NCBI RefSeq assembly: GCF_001194135.2
Contig: NC_068982.1
Coordinates: 14,213,260 to 14,264,984, forward strand
Direction of reading: 5' to 3'
DNA length: 51,725 nt
Source of the DNA: Octopus bimaculoides
Lineage: Eukaryota
The position numbers and the translations under genes are program-made. Below the pieces are notes generated by a model. It was not told where the DNA came from. It saw nothing but the letters and a program-made list of their open reading frames with translations, and made no database searches. Positions 49,561 through 51,725 of the stretch are shown piece after piece; positions within the stretch are counted from its first letter, which is position 1; every line of letters begins with the position of its first letter.

Positions 49561-49966
49561 AATTAATTTTCTAAGCTAGCCAGATTTTTTATTGTACCAA
49601 TGTGCTGACAACAATACAGATGTACGTGTAAATAGTCGATATTTAATATATATATATAAACGATGTCTAAATGGATTGCGTAATATAAATGAATTAAAAT
49701 CCCTCGGGGGCACATTCAACTTCAGCATATATGTATCTGTGTGTATGCATATATATCAATGTAAATATATAGAAATCATAGAGATTAATTCGTGGTTAAA
49801 CTGTTTGTATCCCATAGAGAAAGTTTATCTAACGAGATGCTAATGCTTTGAGAACAGCAGCAAGCTGAGAATACAGTTGAGAATACGAAAATTCTACCAA
49901 TTTCCCTTGAATTGAATACAAAGAATACTGCTTAAAGGATTAGCACTTATGGACTAATATATTGAT

Positions 49967-50363
49967 CTTTTGCTTGTTTCTGTCATTTGACTGCGGCTAT
50001 GTTGGGGCACTGCCTTGAAGGGCTTCTGTTAAGCAAATCGACCCCAGGATCTATTTTTAAAGCCTAGTACTTATTCTATCGGTGTCTTTTCGTGAACTGC
50101 TACGTTACAGGGACATAAACACACCAGTGCAGGTTGTCAAGCGGTGTTGGAGGACAAACACAGACACAAAGACACACACATAAATGTATACATACATACA
50201 TATATATACGATGGGCTTCTTTCAGTTTCCCTCTACCATATCCACTCACAAGGCTTTGGTCAGCCCAAGGCTGTAGTAGAAGACACTTGCCCAAGGTGGC
50301 ACGCACTGGGACTGAACCCGGAACCACGTGGATGGGAAACAAGCTTCTTTCCCAATAACAGCC
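49967..50363 (-). mobile_element. SINE family A, older subfamily, near full length
   Basis: Both halves and the central microsatellite are present. Confidence 0.9.
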
Positions 50364-50971
50364 TTAACCATGAATGTAACGTAAAAATTACAAAATGAGT
50401 TTACAATGAACTCCGATCCTACACAGACCAGCACAAAGAGATGATGCACCACAAGCGTCAATCAATTCTGGATAAGTCCTTCATCCCTCAAATAGATGTT
50501 GATGATGGACGAGCTATAAGATAGAAGATAGTGCCCCTCATCTTCCCAGTAACTCTCATCCTACCACCACCACCACCACCACTATTACAGTTGTCAACAT
50601 CTTTTGATGATAAGAACGTATTCTGTCATGATACTACGATTATTTTTCTGTAAGTGCTAACCCTGAGGTATTTCTCTTCAAATGCTTTTATATATGCATA
50701 TTATACTGTGTATGCTTAGAAATTATTATTATTATTATTATCATGCACACAAGTGGTCCTCTTGCTTTTACTTTTATTGTTTGTTTTTTTTTTCTTTTTT
50801 TTTCTCTTCGGTAACCATTCGTCAGAATACATCATGAATTTATAACACGAAAATGAATGGGAAAATTAATTTCGCCCAATGAGATTTCGCGTTACAACAA
50901 GTTTTTTTTCAAGAACGCGTTATTCCTTTAATGGATGAGATTCCTGTAACATTGCTTTTGAAATCCTGTTA

Positions 50972-51222
50972 TACTCCTTTACTCTTTTAGTTGTTTCAGT
51001 CATTTGACTGCAGCCATGCTGGAGCACAACATTTAGTCGAGAAAATCGACCCCCAGGACTTATTCTTTGTAAGCCTAGTACTTATTCTATCGGTCTCTTT
51101 TGCCGAACCGCTAAGTTAGGGGGACGTAAACACACCAGCATTGGTTGTCAAGTGATGTTCGGGGGACAAACACAGACACACAGACATATACACACACATC
51201 CACACACACACACACATATACA
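50972..51222 (-). mobile_element. SINE family A 3' half
   Basis: Near-identical to 871-1100 and ends in the (CA)n tract. Confidence 0.9.
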
Positions 51223-51489
51223 CATGTACTCATGTGTACTTACACAACTAACAGCACTCATGAGCTTAGCCGTGTTTCTTTAGAGTTTCAGAACGCAAAG
51301 GAAACTCGACCGCTCTTTTAAGTGCCATCGTCTGAATAAACTTATATTTACTCTCTCTGTTATTGAGTGCTGTACTTAAATTGTGGTTCTTGCAGTTTTA
51401 TCTTTAACTAGGCATTCACTTAAACATCACATACATAAATGTGTATGTATGTATAAATGTAATATTTAAGTAGATGCTATATATATATA

Positions 51490-51656
51490 TATATTAGAAA
51501 AAATAATCAGATACTCAGATGTCTGGATGGTTGTACATTTAGAGATTTTTATTCATATGTTTTATTCATATTCAGATGTGACTTATGAATAAAAATCTGT
51601 AAATGTACAACCATCCAGTCATCTGAGTACCTGATTATTATTTTCTCTAATATATA
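51490..51656. mobile_element. Fold-back MITE-like element in a (TA)n context
   Basis: About 67-bp imperfect inverted arms at 51491-51557 and 51584-51656. Confidence 0.75.
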
Positions 51657-51682
51657 ATTCCTGTACATCACCTCCAAACCTT

Positions 51683-51725
<43 letters not shown>

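Overview
AT-rich, repeat-dense eukaryotic DNA with nine N-gaps (about 4.2 kb in total), nearly all next to microsatellites. The SINE sequences and microsatellite content resemble an octopod cephalopod (Octopus-like) short-read assembly; this is an inference from remembered repeat families and was not searched. I found no intact protein-coding gene, true tRNA/rRNA gene or CRISPR array, and most supplied ORFs are microsatellite, gap or SINE artefacts. The window holds at least four SINE or SINE-like families (my labels A-D), an old dispersed repeat, a full-length but dead mariner inside a SINE, Tc1/mariner, hAT and piggyBac MITEs, and decayed coding remnants of Penelope-like, RTE, R4/Dong, hAT-Buster and Tc1-like elements. 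The points most worth following up are hammerhead-ribozyme-like motifs in Penelope-type remnants, repeated insertions into the central microsatellite of SINE A (including antiparallel self-insertion), a module shared between SINE families, and many fold-back structures. I see no strong evidence for a wholly new biological system; the findings are mainly about mobile-element architecture.
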